Shown here: positions 62,469 through 64,000 of the stretch, in pieces
Layout of the letters: each line of letters opens with the position of its first letter
Position numbering within the stretch: the first letter of the stretch is position 1
Source: an uncultured delta proteobacterium
GTDB lineage: Bacteria; Desulfobacterota; Binatia; UBA9968
Length of the DNA: 64,000 nt
Direction: 5' to 3'
NCBI GenBank assembly: GCA_963737905.1
Contig: CAVTUQ010000030.1
Location: 42,250-106,249, forward strand
The notes under the pieces: model-generated
Told to the model about the DNA's origin: nothing
What the model saw: only the letters and a program-made list of their open reading frames with translations
Databases searched by the model: none
Translations under genes and position numbers: made by a program

Positions 62469-62605
62469 GCAACCATGCGGGAGCACAGCCATCGCTTTGC
62501 TTCCGCTTTCGTCTCCATAAAGGCACGATTACGAACCTGAGATAAGGTATTTCCAGGTTCAGCGTTCAGTTTCCTTGACCTTGAACATTGAACTTTGAAC
62601 TCGTG

Positions 62606-64000
62606 TCACTTGCCCACCATTTTTTTTTCGAGAAAGTCGCGCCAGTTAGTCGCAACTTTGTCCTTTAACTCCCGGCTGGCGCCGCTGACTTTGGGAAACT
62701 TATCGATCCACTCGTAGGGGCGCGTGGCATCGATGACGGCGCGCGAGCTGTGGCCGACCTCGTCGCGCGGGATGCGAGGGTCCAGGGGGCCACTCCAGGC
62801 ACGTCTGAGAATCTCGATGGACTGCGTCGGGTCAGAGCGGCTGCTGAGCACCCACAAGACCTCTTCGGAATCCGTGATATCTACATCATCGTCAACGACA
62901 ATCACGTACCGGCCGAGATAGGCGCCGGTGCGGCATTGACTGGCGATTATGCCGGTTTGACGCGCATGACCTGGATAGCGCTGCTTGATCGAAACCACAG
63001 TTAAGAATCTGCCGCACGACGGATGGCACCATACCCCTTTGACGTCCGGCACTCCCGCTTCGTCGAGCGCGTTCCAAACGAGGGATGAACGCATCAGCGA
63101 GAAATGAATATTGTCGCCGGCGGAAGGCTTGAGCAGCGGGAAGCCGCACAGGATCGGATCGTTGCGGAAGTAGAGTGCTTTGATTTGAATGACCGGCACC
63201 GCCGGCTGATTACTCGCGTAGTAGCCCGTCCACTCTCCAAAAGGACCTTCGGGCAAAAGATCGTCAGGTGCCACTTCGCCTTCGATGGCCATCTCCGCGT
63301 CTGCGGGAATTGGCAAACCGGTGAGCGGTCCTTTCACCACTTCCAACGGCCTGCCGAGAACTCCGCCGGCGTAATCGTATTCATTAACGCGATTCGGCAC
63401 ATCGGTGGATGCAAAGACGAAGTTGATTGGATGATGACCGAAAGAAACCGCAATCGGCAACGGTTTTCCACGCGCGTGATATTTGTCCTTGTGCACGCGG
63501 CCGTGCTTCCCCGGCGACATGTGTAAAGCCAACCGATCCGGGCCGTGAACCATAATGCGGTAGGTGCCGACGTTGACCCAGTCCTCTTCCGGATCGCGCG
63601 TGATCACTAAATCATCCGTGCCGATATAGCGTCCGCCGTCGAGCTCATGCCAGCGTGGCACAGGAAATTTCAAAACGTTGATCTCTTTGCCTTCTTTGAC
63701 GTTCCCAAAGAGCGGACCGGTGGAAACCGTCTTGGCGGGAATCGGCGTAATCTTCTTCACCTGGTGGCGCCAAGCCTGGACGAAATCCATGTCGCTCATG
63801 CCGGCCTTCATCCCGAGGGTAAGTGCCAAGCGCCCGACGGAGGAAACCAAATTGGCCGCGACACGATAGCCTTGCGGATAATCTTTGATGCGATCGAAAA
63901 GGATCGCCGGCCGATTCTTTGATCGCTCGTTGATGATTTCCGTGAGGGTCGACAGCTCGAGGTCCCAGTCGACTCCGTCCACGGTCATCAATTGGCCGAG
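62606..64000 (-). CDS. UbiD family prFMN-dependent decarboxylase (5' end beyond window)
   Basis: DGGRYI, NVGTYR, EGPFGEWTGYY, VVDDDVD, LDP, IDATRP. Confidence 0.93.
   Translation of the reverse strand, partial: LGQLMTVDGVDWDLELSTLTEIINERSKNRPAILFDRIKDYPQGYRVAANLVSSVGRLALTLGMKAGMSDMDFVQAWRHQVKKITPIPAKTVSTGPLFGNVKEGKEINVLKFPVPRWHELDGGRYIGTDDLVITRDPEEDWVNVGTYRIMVHGPDRLALHMSPGKHGRVHKDKYHARGKPLPIAVSFGHHPINFVFASTDVPNRVNEYDYAGGVLGRPLEVVKGPLTGLPIPADAEMAIEGEVAPDDLLPEGPFGEWTGYYASNQPAVPVIQIKALYFRNDPILCGFPLLKPSAGDNIHFSLMRSSLVWNALDEAGVPDVKGVWCHPSCGRFLTVVSIKQRYPGHARQTGIIASQCRTGAYLGRYVIVVDDDVDITDSEEVLWVLSSRSDPTQSIEILRRAWSGPLDPRIPRDEVGHSSRAVIDATRPYEWIDKFPKVSGASRELKDKVATNWRDFLEKKMVGK

Overview
A GC-rich bacterial chromosomal segment dominated by accessory metabolism and transport. 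It holds about 11 solute-binding proteins (NMT1/THI5-type, Fe3+-type, TctC) but only one permease. It also has three ornithine-cyclodeaminase-family genes, two metal-ligand-less M24 hydrolases, two VOC proteins, two LLM oxidoreductases, three amidohydrolases and a UbiD. This gene-family profile resembles soil 'Ca. Binatia/Binatota' MAGs (inference only). Other content includes an AT-richer defence patch (decayed PIN toxin-antitoxin pair plus a Type IIG restriction-modification gene), a SWIM-SNF2 helicase, SrkA, CarD and an orphan MsrP. Best candidates for undescribed systems: (1) an orphan group-1h-like [NiFe]-hydrogenase small subunit, with no large subunit in the window, co-oriented directly upstream of a double-PAS histidine kinase and a NarL-type regulator (30.3-34.8 kb); (2) a Tat-exported ThDP enzyme paired with a c-type cytochrome behind a structured leader (60.0-62.5 kb); (3) a sigma54 promoter and a long structured leader ahead of a His-less Rieske protein and precorrin-2 dehydrogenase (51.6-52.9 kb). 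Intergenic DNA is full of 7/9-mer tandem repeats, GTAG-REPs and a two-copy ~200 bp composite MITE-like element. Many genes carry single-base frameshifts, clustered at 2-4.5, 43.9-44.2, 48.7 and 53.8-58.1 kb, probably long-read consensus errors. No tRNA, rRNA or CRISPR array was seen. All calls are by eye, without database searches.
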